64,000 nucleotides of DNA from Ruditapes philippinarum. Lineage: Eukaryota. The DNA is taken from positions 1 through 64,000 of the forward strand of contig NW_026854550.1 of assembly GCF_026571515.1 (NCBI RefSeq), written 5' to 3'. The notes below the pieces were generated by a model, which was not told the origin of the DNA, made no database searches, and saw only the letters and a list, made by a program, of their open reading frames with translations. Both the position numbers and the translations under genes were made by a program. The first letter of the stretch is position 1. Each line of letters starts with the position of its first letter. This document shows, one piece after another, positions 38,341 through 51,000 of this stretch.

Positions 38341-38645
38341 ACTTTGTTTCCAGAATTTTGTACTTCACAACAGCAGGTGTCAAGTGCTGTGTGGCAGCCG
38401 TAAAAAGTTGCACCGTACTTCACTTCAGTGTTGTTATATTTTCTGGTCCTTCGGGATCATTGATACCAACACTATAAAGTGTTGGGAATTGAGTACCGCT
38501 CAAGCCGGTGCTAGGGGGCGTGAGGGATGTTGCACTTATTCATTATCCCTCATGTACAGACTCAATCAAACCGAGTCTGCAATTCTTGTGTTATTTTGTT
38601 GTGATTAATGCTTCCGAGGGATCACTTTGTTTCCAGAATTTTGCC
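38341..38645 (+). ncRNA. Structured repeat family A: 283-nt unit with ~21-nt terminal redundancy, putative structured mobile RNA
   Basis: Several hairpins including cUUCGg (tggtccttcgggatca) and a pseudoknot core shared with family B; cactttgtttccagaattttg at both ends; ttttgcc duplicated on the flanks. Confidence 0.55.
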
Positions 38646-38900
38646 TGTTTGGTTGACTTGTTGGGGTTTGAGTCAAATCAGCACTGTAGTGTTCAATCAG
38701 CAAAATGTCCAGCTTTACTGGTGGCTAAAGATCTTGGATGCCCCTCCGTGCAATATTCAGCCATGGGCGGGAAACTGAAGTTATCGTCACTGATCTAAGT
38801 AAACAACAAGAACAGCTTTCGATATCACATTTGAGAGTAATTCAAATCGCTTTCACGCACACCGTGGTGCGAAGTCATCACCCTAACGAGACTGCCTCGA
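38646..38900 (-). mobile_element. Degenerate SINE (bivalve-type core)
   Basis: Minus strand gctgaatattgcacggaggggcatccaagatctttagccaccagtaaagctgga...aaccccaacaagtcaaccaaac resembles the common mollusc SINE core and tail. Confidence 0.65.
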
Positions 38901-39274
38901 AGTGAAGAAGCAGCTACCATGACTTGTGCATACACAGGTTGATATAAGAAACAAATGAAAAGCGCCTATTCTTACGTGTATGTAATTTGGTAAAGAAATA
39001 AGTATACATAGTTGGGATTGGAATTATTTGAAATTTCGTATTACAAGTAAACAATTACTATTTCTGCCGTGCTTTTAAGAGAAACGAATGGATTATCATA
39101 TGGTGACAATTTTACGAAGGAATTAGTTTTATTATCAATAACCTTGCTTATTTTAAGGAGAAAAACATCAAAGAAACAAGCAAAGTGAAACGGATCGAGT
39201 GCTTTTATGTGTTGATGATGTAATGAAAAATAAAAAAAAATCATCCAACTAGTTGGGATTCTTAGTGAGTCCCC

Positions 39275-39653
39275 GGTTTATGAAATAGATAAATACAAAA
39301 TCCCTAAAGAAAGCCCAACACGGCAAAATTGAAAACGTTTCAGGCTCGGTTTGATTGAGCCTGTTCATGGACGGTACTGGAAAGTGCAAGTTACCGTCCA
39401 CGCCCCCTAGCACCGGCTTAAGCAGAATTCAACATTGAAACATGAAATAGTAAAATTTTGAATTTAGAAACATCCGCAGATGTGTTCATACGGCGGTTAT
39501 CATGGAACCTTCAATGTGACACTTCCGTGCCATTCCATGAAAAGCGGCGTATGGTCCCCAAGTAATAAAAAGCGTGTGCCCTAAACGAGAAAACAATGGG
39601 CGGAACTAAATAAAATGGAATATTGAAAGGGGATCATAGGTTATGAAGCCTGC
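39275..39653 (-). repeat. Structured repeat family B, copy 1 (5'-truncated)
   Basis: High similarity to 54645-55160 and to the reverse complement of 59517-60030; long stems (catacg..catggaa / ttccatg..cgtatg). Confidence 0.9.
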
Positions 39654-39859
39654 GTTCATGAAACCGTTCTTTACTGCGTCCTGTCTATCTGTCTATGAGT
39701 CCCCTCAACATTCTAAGAGAGTAATGTCCTTCTACAAAAATGTGCACACGAACCATTCTGCGCAAGTAATGATGACGTCTAAATAGACTGGAACCTTCCC
39801 TGTTGATTAGCTGCAAATTTAGGTGGCGCGTGCACGCTCCGTGGGAAATGAGAGGTATA

Positions 39860-40430
39860 CAATAGCGCTGCGAATTGTTTTATAGAGGTCTTTAATTCAA
39901 TAAGAGACCTCTCTTAATCAATTTGAGCGCGGTGAAATTCAATTTTATATATCTTAAATTCATGCAAAATTTACATATTCACATGTAGTTATTTATTTGA
40001 AGAGGTCTTCTAATTTTTCGAGAGCTCTGTTATCTATTTAGAGAGGTCTAAAATTCTGTCTGTCTAAAATTCTGATATCTAACCGAATTCCAAACCTCTA
40101 TAAATTTATTTGTTGCGGGCTATAAAACATATAGGGACCACTTGACCTCTTCAATTCAATTACAGAGCTGTACCAAACAGCTGAAATTCAACTTAACTTT
40201 TGAAATGTTCATTCTTCAATTAAATTGGAGAAGTTTTCAATTCAGTTGTGGCGCGCTTTAATTCATTTTTTTTTCATATAAAAATGAATTTGAAAAACTT
40301 CAATCATTCATTTTAAAGACCTATCTATGACAATTATTTTATTCTTTAAGCTATAATTATTCGAAGATTCCTCTTATTGAAATCGAGACATTATTGCTCT
40401 CCAAATATCTAAAGACCAGTTCAAATACTT
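39860..40430. repeat. Degenerate short-period repeat array (gagaggtc/gagctct/ttcaatt motifs)
   Basis: Recurrent agaggtct, agagacctct, agagctct and aattcaatt motifs. Confidence 0.45.
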
Positions 40431-42223
40431 GAATATATGCATTCCTTATTAATAAACCGCAGAAAAGCAGAGTGGGCAAATGATCTGAAAGTTTGGTCAC
40501 AAGTTCGCACTGGCCCCATCGTTGCGGCGGTGGAGCTATCGTCGCAGAAGCGGTGGATAATTATGTCAGTAGCTGTCATCCGTAAGTTTAATTAATACGG
40601 AGTAATACTTTAAATTTTATCGTTTTACTGGAAACATCAAGTGAAACTGGAGTCCACATACTCTTTCAATTCTTTACGATTGCAAAGTGCAATTCCTTGC
40701 CATTCTGTACAGTTTGACGGAGGCCGCCGCTTTTAACAAATTTTGGTTAAAATTGGTGCATTTTTTTTTCAAAACGGCCACGAATAGTTTCGGCGTCGCA
40801 TCGTGTATGTATAATACTTCCACAAACCACAGATTTAGCTCCATGCACAAACCAACCAATTTTTTGTCATTTTGGGATTTGTTAATAAGTGTATATCTGG
40901 GAAGGGCTCAATCTAATGTTGCAAGTCGTTTTGCCCAACCCTTTTGCTTTTTGTTATAATATATACTTATTATTTTTATATTATTAATACTTCACATGTT
41001 GGTGTCGCTATAAAATTTTTTTAAATAAAAGATAATATATATATATTATACAGTGCAATAAGATACTATTGAATTACTTTCTCTATAATCCTTGTACAAT
41101 CTTAATAGAATTTGTATGTACCTTTTTATGGTGTTTATGCATATTTTTAGTATTGAGAAAAAAAAAATAAAACGAAATAAAATTCAAATGATTTAAAAAA
41201 GTGGCTTTACACTACGTTCATTTTTTCGCTGTCATAAATCTTAAATAGATCTAGATCTACCTAACAGCAATTTTCCAAATAATAGTCATAAACAAAATTA
41301 CAAATCAGGTAAGACATGTAAAACAAAATAATTCTAAATTACTATGTTTTAGTAAATCTATATCATCTAGTAAATGTGCTGCGCATTGTGCGGAACCAGG
41401 TGGGTACCGATACAACAATCGTCCAAAATACGCAGAGCGTTTGAATTCCCGCTGTTTTGATCACGCGCCGCGTCCGCGCATTGCATTACGGGAACCAAAT
41501 GCACTGTAATGGCCAACATTGGTAAGGCAAATTGAAATTTTGAGTATTTATATACTTTACTGAGGAATAGTCATTAAATAACTATAAAATTGAAGAAAGT
41601 TTGTTTCCAATTGTATTGTATCGTTTATTAATTGCACAAAATGCTCAATTAATATGATAAAACTGTTTACAATATCTATAAAATTATACTTCCGTAAAAT
41701 GTCAACAGACAATTCACAACTGTTCAAGGTCTCACCGTTCTCGTCACATAATTGAATTCACTCAATATTTTCAATAATATTGCTGTAAGTATTGATTCTT
41801 ACACATATTACTATGTTTGACCAGATCATGACATCAATATTTAATAGAAAGTTTTCCAAAAGTTTTTAAGTTCGGAGAATATCCATTTTCTAACATAATA
41901 ACATGTGCAATTCTCGCGACACTAAGAGGTAGACAAGCCCCCTTTGAGAACAAAAATTAACAAGGTAGATTGTTATTAAATGAATGCATCCACAAAACAT
42001 ATACAAGCATGTGAGCAATATAGAACCACCGGTGAACATTCAACTTCAAGCAGGTAGCCCAACTTGGCTTCCGGTATGACTAAATACCGATTATGAATTC
42101 ATATTCACGGATATGAACGGGAGTACCGAATATGAATATTATTTTCTTAAAATCAGCTTTTATGGGATTACTTACGTCAACAGAGACTATTAATTACTTG
42201 TATCATATGGTCTTAATGAAAAA

Positions 42224-42448
42224 GCCGCCTGCGTGGCCGAGGGGTTAGAGTCGATGACTTCTAATCCAGTTACCTCTCTGGCGTGGGTTCGATCCCCGGG
42301 AGATGCTTTGGTAGTTTAGCGCGGAAGAAGGTAGTCTTGTACTGGTGTAACTCTCCAGGAACGATGGTTAGGAAACTACCCGCCTATATGACTGAAATAC
42401 TGTTGAAAAAAGGCGTAAAATGAAATAAACAGACAAACAAACAAACAA
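42224..42448 (+). mobile_element. tRNA-derived SINE with Nimb-like 3' tail
   Basis: A box TGGCCGAGGGG (~42234), B box GGTTCGATCC (42286-42295), tail atatgactgaaatactgttgaaaaaaggcgtaaaa plus (AAAC)n; ttaatgaaa duplicated at 42213 and 42451. Confidence 0.88.
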
Positions 42449-42645
42449 TTTTAATGAAAGAAAATAAATTCTGATCTTTGGTTGTAAATTAATTACTGTG
42501 ACCAAAAAGTTACCCGAATATGAACGGGAATGACGAACATGAACCTTACTATTTAAACAGTATATAAAATAGCTCACAGAGGTATAGAAATAGATATTTC
42601 AAACTATAACTTGAAATGAAACCTTGTTTTAACATAGATGTCACG

Positions 42646-43456
42646 CAGGGTTTTTTTTCCAGTATTTTGGGAACATGACCCATACCCTTGAGATTGGGAA
42701 TTTTAGCGGCATTTTGCCCAAAATTGGGAAAAAAACAACATTTTCAAGTTTCCTGAGGCAATATATTCCTTTACTAATAGGATTTAGTTCACAAAAGTAG
42801 GTCTCTGGATTTCATATTTTGATCTGTGTTATTGTATTACCTGGACCATTTATGAAGACGTTGTCATCTGTAGCTGAAAAAAGCTTCAACTGGTATTTGT
42901 TGGAACTAAATAACCTTTGATCAGGGACAGGGACAACTGTATCTGACTTAGACTCGTCGCTAGAACTTTTAAAACCCCTAGAAGGAACATCATTGTGGTA
43001 ACTTACGGTCACCGTTGAAGCAGGTACGTACCTGGTTGAAGGCAATTTCTCACTAGTACTTGCAGTTTCCTTCGCCGTAAGTACAACTCTTTTCCGAGAG
43101 AGTCGATCGCTTGCTTAAACATTAAATCAATTTTTCTATCTTTATCAGTGCTTTTTTAAGTATTTTAACGTAATATTTTGAATTGTGAAACATTTTTATC
43201 TACTTTCACTTTCGAAGGTCGTCGCTATCGTTAGACGCTCGATAAACTAATACTGAGAAATCAAGCGTCTACTTAACACGTGGGTTGTTTAGACGCCGGC
43301 TATTCGCACAATTTTACGTTCCCCAAAGATCGATTTTTAAAAAAATAATTTAAGTTTTCAATTGGGAATTTTAGTATCAATATTGGGAAAAAAACATACT
43401 ATTTTCAGTTGGGAACATGACCGAATAACGGCTATAAAATCGGCCAAAAAACCCTT
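42646..43456. mobile_element. Non-autonomous hAT-like DNA transposon
   Basis: Termini cagggttttt / aaaaaaccctt with repeated subterminal ttgggaa motifs at both ends; no clean 8-bp TSD. Confidence 0.55.
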
Positions 43457-44652
43457 ATGACAGTTTAAATTTGCTCAGTAATTTAGTTACTGTGACTCGC
43501 TATACAGTACTGTTAAGATTTAATTCATATTCGTAACAGAATAAGAACGAGGATACCCAATATGAATATTAGATAGATATAAATGAACTTTGTCTGAAAT
43601 AGTTTCGTAAACAAAGACTAATATTATATACTTGCATCATGTCATTGAATGAAATTAAATGAATTTAATGCATTGGTTGCAAATTATTTATAAATTTCTG
43701 ATTTCATTGCAAATCTATAAAATTGTTACTTTTAAAGTACAAACTGATAATATAATGTAGTCAGAGTTAGTTTTTAGTAATTTTTTGATTGATTTAACAA
43801 AACATTATCTTGTTAATTGAGTTTTGAATGGTGATGTGCTATGCCATATCACGGTTGGTAGATAACCCAATCACATGACTCAACCGAGAAAGCATTTTTC
43901 GTAAATTTGGTCTGTCTCCAGACCATTCTATTTGAAAGACCCTGCTCAATGGTAATCAAGTCTTCCATCTTTAATAGTAAAGTCTATATTGTCTCTGGTA
44001 TTTGCCGATCTATAGAGACCGGATCTGCCATATTCATTTTATTAAAAGTTATTACTGAATTGATTTTTTACGATGACGCACTCATAACACATCCACCGAA
44101 TAAATAGTAGGGTTTCTTAATCGGACAAAAATCATAATTGATCATCAAAAAAAATGGAACAACCCTTTTCGATCAATCATCGATTATATAATTGTAACAT
44201 TTACAATAACAAAGTAAATATGTACAATGTACATATCATGCTTTAATATTTATAAGAATTCCATTAATATTTTATATTTTGTGTAACTACCATCATTGTC
44301 AATTAGAGCTGAATTGACTTTATATTTCAAAAGATTGACTGTATAAATGATGTTTGACCAAAAGATTATATTGGAAAATGTTTAGGAAAAATTTAATATC
44401 TGCCTAAAATAGATTGCACGTTACAGGTAAATTCTAAATGATATTTACTGAAATTTCGTTTGAATTCGGTGGTTATTTATTGTTTATGTAAATTATTAAA
44501 TCAAAAGGAATTTTGGCTAAATTGTGTATTTTTGTTGTGATGGTTTGTCTGTTCTGTTTTAAAATGTCATTTTCAGTTTCTTTTATTTTTATCTTTTATT
44601 CATCCATGGCTGCTCATAACATTTCCTTTGCATTTCGTTTTCTTACTTCCCA

Positions 44653-47600
44653 ATGGGTAATATAAGCATTGCTGCTTGGAGAGCAGCTATAGGATTGTAT
44701 TATAATGGAACACATTGTTTACATTATTCATAATTTTTTAAACAATACCCACAAAAACACTCTTCTATATTTTTGGTTTGTTTATAGCAATATATGTTAG
44801 AAGTTTTTTTTTTGTACTCTGGGTTTTTGTTTGCTTAAATTTATATTTTTTATCAACATTTTTATTCTTCTTTGCAATAATAACCTCAAAAAAATTCCCA
44901 TAACATTACAGAATGTTTACGATTATTTTACTTTATAGGTTCTCAGGCTCTTTTTCTGTAAAAGAACTATTATTATTGGTATCATGTGCCATAGAAACTA
45001 ACCCGGGTCCTAACAATCAAAATGGATGGATATAGATGTTTATATAGGAAGGATAACACTGCCCATTCAGGGGGGGATAATTATTTATACGTCAGATAAA
45101 TTGGTAACAAAAAGAGTTTTTGAATTAGAAATGTATTCTGATGAATCAATATGGATTAATGTTAAAGATAAGGAGAAGAACATTTTGATAGGCACTGTTT
45201 ATCGTCACCAAAATTCTACTGTTGAGTTTTGGTCAAAACTGGATAACTGTTTAGAAAAGGCGCATGAATTGTCGAAGTACATTGTTTTACTTGGTGATGT
45301 AAATGAAGATCAACTCAATTATTCAAACCATAAACTACGTGATATCTTAATTATTAATAATATGAGTAATGTTATCAATCAGCCGACTCGTGTATCAAAT
45401 ACATCTGCCACACTTATTGACCCAATAGTAATTTCTAGTGAAATAAAATCATTTGACTTTGGTGTTTCAGAAACTCCGAGCGATATTAGTGATCATTATG
45501 CTACTTATATTTTTATTCATTTTGAAGCGCTTCCTTTTAATACTTATAAGCGTTGTGTTTGGAATTATAATAATGCGGACTTTGTTCGGTTAAATGAATT
45601 GATAACTAATGGCACTGTAGACGAGGCTTCCGATTTATTTACTTCTTCATTTTTAGATTTGACAAAACGATGCATTCCATATAAAGAAGTTACAATACGA
45701 CCATACGACAGACCATGGTACGATTCAATAATACGAAGAACTTCCCGGAAGCGTGACAGACAAAAATCACGTGCAATTAAAACTAATAAATCGTCAGACT
45801 GGATTTTATATAAAAAATTAAGAAACAAGGTTAATAATTTAAAAAAGCACACCAAACAAGTTTTTTTTTAATAATTTAGAATTTACAATCAACGATATAA
45901 GTAGTAATAATCCTCGCGAATACTGGAAAATTGTGAAAATGTTAGTTAAAGATAATAAACAATGTGAAATAATACCGCCATTGAGACTTAATAATGACTT
46001 GTATGTATTTACTGATAAAGAAAAGGCAAATGCGCTCAATGATTACTTTGTCTCTGTATCTTCTATTGATGATTCTAATACTTCTTTACCCATTTTCAAT
46101 CTTAAAACAAACGAATCTTTGTGTGACATAATAATTAACGAAGAAGAAGTTAAAGACATTCTTTCATGCTTAATAATAAAAAAGGCTAGTGGACCAGATG
46201 CGATAAGTCACCGTATGCTTAAAGAAACATCTTCTAGCATTTGTAAACCTGTATGTACACTTTTTAGTCGTTCCTTTCAAGAAAATACATATCCCACATG
46301 TTGGAAAAACGCAAGTGTTATGCCATTATTTAAAAAAGGGGAGCACGATCTTTGTTCTAATCACAGACCAATTTCTTTAATAAGTTGCATAGGAAAAGTT
46401 ATGGAAATAATTATATTCAAATATATTTACAACCATTTACATATGAACAATCTTATTTACAAATATCAATCCGGGTTTATTCCAGGGCATTCTACTGTAT
46501 ATCAATTAATTGACATTTATCATCAAATATGTAAAGCTTTTGATGAAAAGAAATCAACTTGTATAGTGTTCTGTGATACCTCTAAAGCATTTGACCGTGT
46601 TTGGCATAAAGGTCTACTGTTTAAACTGCATCAGTACGGCATTACAAATAATTTGAATACTTGGATTGCTAGCTATCTTAAGTCGAGGAACCAAAGCGTT
46701 TTTGTTGGTTCTTTTTTTTCTGACACAAAATTCATAAATGCTGGTGTCCCTCAAGGATCTGTGCTTGGTCCTTTTCTTTTTTTGATTTATGTTAATGACA
46801 TTGCTGAAAACTTACTTAGTTTGACTCGTCTTTTTTGCAGATGATAGTTCTTTATCAGTAACAAGCGATGATTCTAAATATATAGAAATGACTCTAAATA
46901 TTGATCTTAAAACTATTACTGAATGGGCAGACCAATGGCTTGTAACTTTTAATCCTAATAAGACAGAAGTATTATTTTGTTCTCTTATTAGAAATGAAAG
47001 ACCTTTTTTGTACTTTAACAATGTTCAACTTAATTACACTCAACACCACAGGCATTTGGGGTTAACCTTAAGTGATGATGGAACTTGGCATGAACATATT
47101 AATAATATAACTAACTCGGCGTCCAAAATATTAGGTTCTATGCGTTTATTAAAGTTCAAATTAAATAGAACAACATTAAATCAAATTTATATTTCCTATA
47201 TGAGGCCTTTATTAGAATATGCTAGTGTTATTTGGGATAGTTGTACCTTATATGAAAAAGAAAAAAATGAAAAAATGCAATACGAAGCTGCGCGCTTAGT
47301 AACTGGTTTGACTCGCTCAGTGTCTATAGAAAGACTTTTGCATGAAATAGGTTGGGTCTCTTTAGCAGATCGTCGTTTAATGCAAAAATTATCAATAATG
47401 TATAAAGCTAAAAATGGGGAGCTTCCAAGTTATCTGGACACTTTGTTCCCAAATTTTGTATCAGAAAGTAACCAAATTGATATAACCTTAGAAATAACGA
47501 TAATTACGTAACAATAGCACGACGAACAGAAATATTTTCTAGATCATTTATACCCTCAGCAATTTCGGCATGGAATAGTCTTGATAATGAGATACGTGAC

Positions 47601-48006
47601 TCGACTTCTTAAAATGTGTTCAAAACTAAACTCAAGGATAAATTCAAACCCACACTTGTCCCTAAATATTATTTAATTGGAGAAAGGTTAACATCTGTTT
47701 ACCATGCACGTTTAAGAAATAGATGTAGTAATTTGAATGATGATCTGTATAGAAATCACTTAGCAAACTCCCCTGTTTGTGAGTTTTGCCATATCGAGGA
47801 GGATGCTGAACATTTCTTTTTTAACTGTAAACTTTTTGGTGTTCAAAGACTCCCAACTTTTCACTTCCACTCGCCCTTTTCATCCATTAAGTACAAGTAC
47901 TGTCCTTTATGGAAAAGAAAATTTATCAGTCGATGAAAACTCTTTATTATTTCATGAGGTTCAAAAATATAAAAAAATACACATAGATTTAAATAATAAG
48001 AAATAA
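44653..48006 (+). mobile_element. CR1-type LINE ORF2 (leader with 2A-like NPGP, APE, RT, C-terminal CxxC), frameshifted
   Basis: MGNISIAAWRAAIG leader; LLLLVSCAIETNPGP (44967-45011); GGIIIY, GDVNED, SDH; RPISLIS, CDTSKAFDRVWH, GVPQGSVLGP, LFADD across a frameshift; HARLRNRCS...CEFC...EDAEHFFFNC. Confidence 0.92.
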
Positions 48007-51000
48007 GTACATGTAAAAATAACAATCGTTGTTCCAATATTAATTCTTCTAATTCCCCTTATAAATGACATATTTTGACAGCCATACAAACCATCACATA
48101 CTGCAAGTGCAGGGAAATTACTATAATAATTTATATTTAATTTAGCAAATGTCGTTGTTGACAAAATGATTAGAGCATGTTGACGAAAGGCTTATTGTTA
48201 ATATCTTCCTGTCAAATACGATATATTGATGGGTTAGCACACAAAGAGTTCATATGTCAAGGTTGTAAGGCCATAAACTATAAAACCTGTTATTGTTCAT
48301 TGGACACTTGTTTTAAACAAATCCTTGATTAATCTTGCGTGCAACCTGAGATGTTCGTAAATGTACAAAAAACATTCATCGGACAGAATATTACTATATT
48401 AATTAAGATGCGGATTTATAGTCGTAATCGTACTAAAACGAACTTACCGGACAATAATTATATTTCTTTACAATATCCTGTAAACAAAGTTTAATTTGTC
48501 AATAATTGTATTGCTAGAAACAAAAAATAACTTTTTTAAGGGATTCAACATTCACATATTTATTGATCGATATGTGTAAAACGTTTGTACAAGACATTAA
48601 AATTGAATGTTTAGGCAATGCACAGGTTTTGAACTATGGACATAATGCAAACACCTTATTCGATATGATGATATTGATTAGTCAAACTAATAACGATAAA
48701 TTCATCAAAACTGTTTTATAATTATGCCATTGTATCATATTGTTATAATGTTATATTATTATAAGTAATAACAAGGAAAGTTTAGTTTAAAGATAAGGTA
48801 TGGCAAAAGTTTTTTCTCATTGATAGAAATGTACAAGAACTTACAAGCTAAATAAAAACATGTTGTGTATATAAAGAAAGTGGTTATGAAATTGCATCAC
48901 TTCTTTCAATCTGTGTTTTGAATACAAAATTAAACATCTGATTCTTACATGTTGAAATACGAAAGACTTTAGACATATTTTCTTTTTTCCTGGGAATAAT
49001 TATTGTTATTATTGTTTTTCCGTTTGTTTTGCTCTTTATTTGGTAATGAATTTTATCTTTGCAAAAGAAGTATTTAAAAAAAACAACAAATGTGTAACAT
49101 TGAAGCTGTACCACTGTTATATTCAATTAATACATAATGATAATTCATTTGTTTTAAATCATATTTGTTTTTAAGTATTTAAAAAGATTGAACAAAAAAC
49201 CTAAGTATCAATTAATCTAAATTATAATATATAAAACATGTTATTAAATAACTAATTATAATTATTCATTAATCTAAGTTTTTTAAATTAATGTGAAACA
49301 AAAATTCTTGTTGTCGAATTCGGTTGAAATGTTCGTAAGTTTTCTGTATTTGTATTATATTTGTGAATTTATGTTAAATTTATAATAGTAATTATTAGTT
49401 GTATTATGAAAAAAATAAAAATTACGAGCAGTCATGTGATTATTTATTTTTTCAGAATTTATGTGAAAATGATGATGAATAATTGAGAAAATTTACAGAA
49501 TTTACAATGTCAGATATGAAAGTGAATATTCTACCTGCAATAAAGTCTGTATAACAATTTCATTTACAAAACTGAATTGAACGGTGTAGACTGCGACAAA
49601 CTATCAAATTGTAATCTAATCTTTTATTAAGTTCCGCTGTTTGTTTAAAATTTCAGTGCCTAAAACGACATACATCCAGATGAGAACAATAGTTCTAAAA
49701 CTGCATACCTTAGAATAATGCCCTTAAATTTATGTACAAATATTCACAAAATATGATGAACAAGATCAACAAGGGAAGGCGGCGTTCAAATACATAGGCG
49801 TTGAAGCCTGTGTAATCTTGAAAAAGTAATTTGCAAAATATAATATTATTACTTTTGGCATAAAGTTCTGCTCAAGTTTAAACGGAGTAAGATACATTTC
49901 TGTATTTGTTTGCCTTTTCCGTGTATACCAAAGGATTTAGCTTTGAAAATAGATGTATGCATTGTATCTTGTAATGTGACAAACATTGTTGCCCTTAGTT
50001 TGTTATAAGTCGTCAACGACAGGTTTTCCTTTACCCTTCATTATCCATTTTACATCTCCTTGCCCTACTTGTCACTTTCAGCCTTTTGGTTCTTTGCATG
50101 CTGTGTTCCGTGAATGCCATGCCGCCTGTCCTTGTTGATCTTTTTTTTATATTTGGTAAAATCACTAAATTTGTGTACTTTTAAATTTATAAGTTTTTTT
50201 TTATAAAAAATACAAAAATTAGTAATCATGTTGCCTTAAATGATAGCTCAGCTAATCATCAAAGGTGTTATAGAATATTGAACGTTTAGCTTTTATTGGA
50301 TGAAAAAACTTTCCATGATATGTATGCTTTTAATGATTTGGTTGTTCTTTATGTCATAACTGAAACCATCCATAACTGGTAAAGCCCGTCTTTCTGTTTT
50401 ATGTCCAGAATATCAACAAGGAAAATTTGTGTTGAAATGAAATAGGAAATAAAAGGAAAATACTTGTATTACCGGATAATAAAACGTCTCGACTTCAAAT
50501 TAATATATTGCCAAAGGTGACATTAAATTATAATTTTTTTGTTGGTTTATAACCCATTATTTATTTTGATTTTCATTGGGTGGAATTAAGTTCCCCGCCT
50601 TATAGATGATGATTTAGTATTAACAAATATCTTTTCAATTTCGATTACGAAAGAAAATATGTAAGCACACACTTTCTCTAAAAAGACAGGTCTGTGTCAC
50701 AGGCATACATTTCTTCCTTACAACGGTCTGACTTGACGGGGTTGAACCAATTTAAGGCAATTTTTAAATGTGATTATCAGCAATACACATCCAATCCGAT
50801 CGTCAGAATGATATTAACCGGTTTTAAATGTAAAATAAATTGTAAAGAGGGTATTTTTTTATATTGTGTTAGATTTGTGATACATATAATTTTGAGAATA
50901 TTAGATGCAATAACATCATGTTATGAGCTTCAACCTCAATAATAAGATTTTAACAGGTGAACCCTGTGTATCATAATCTTATCTAATTGCTCTTTAATTG

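Noticed and set aside
38600-38625. Twister-like gtgat-TAA-TGC...GAGGG-atcac in family A
   Set aside because: Only 4 nt separate the two halves, leaving no room for P2/P4, and the matching P2 strand is missing.
39300-39425. RNase P/MRP-like words (GAAAGYCC, AAGTGCAA, CCGGCTTA) in family B
   Set aside because: Spacing is far too short for the P/MRP architecture, the other conserved regions are absent, and G-U/UUCG evidence favours the opposite strand.
42224-42300. tRNA gene
   Set aside because: A/B boxes are present but there is no cloverleaf; it continues into a SINE body, tail and TSD.
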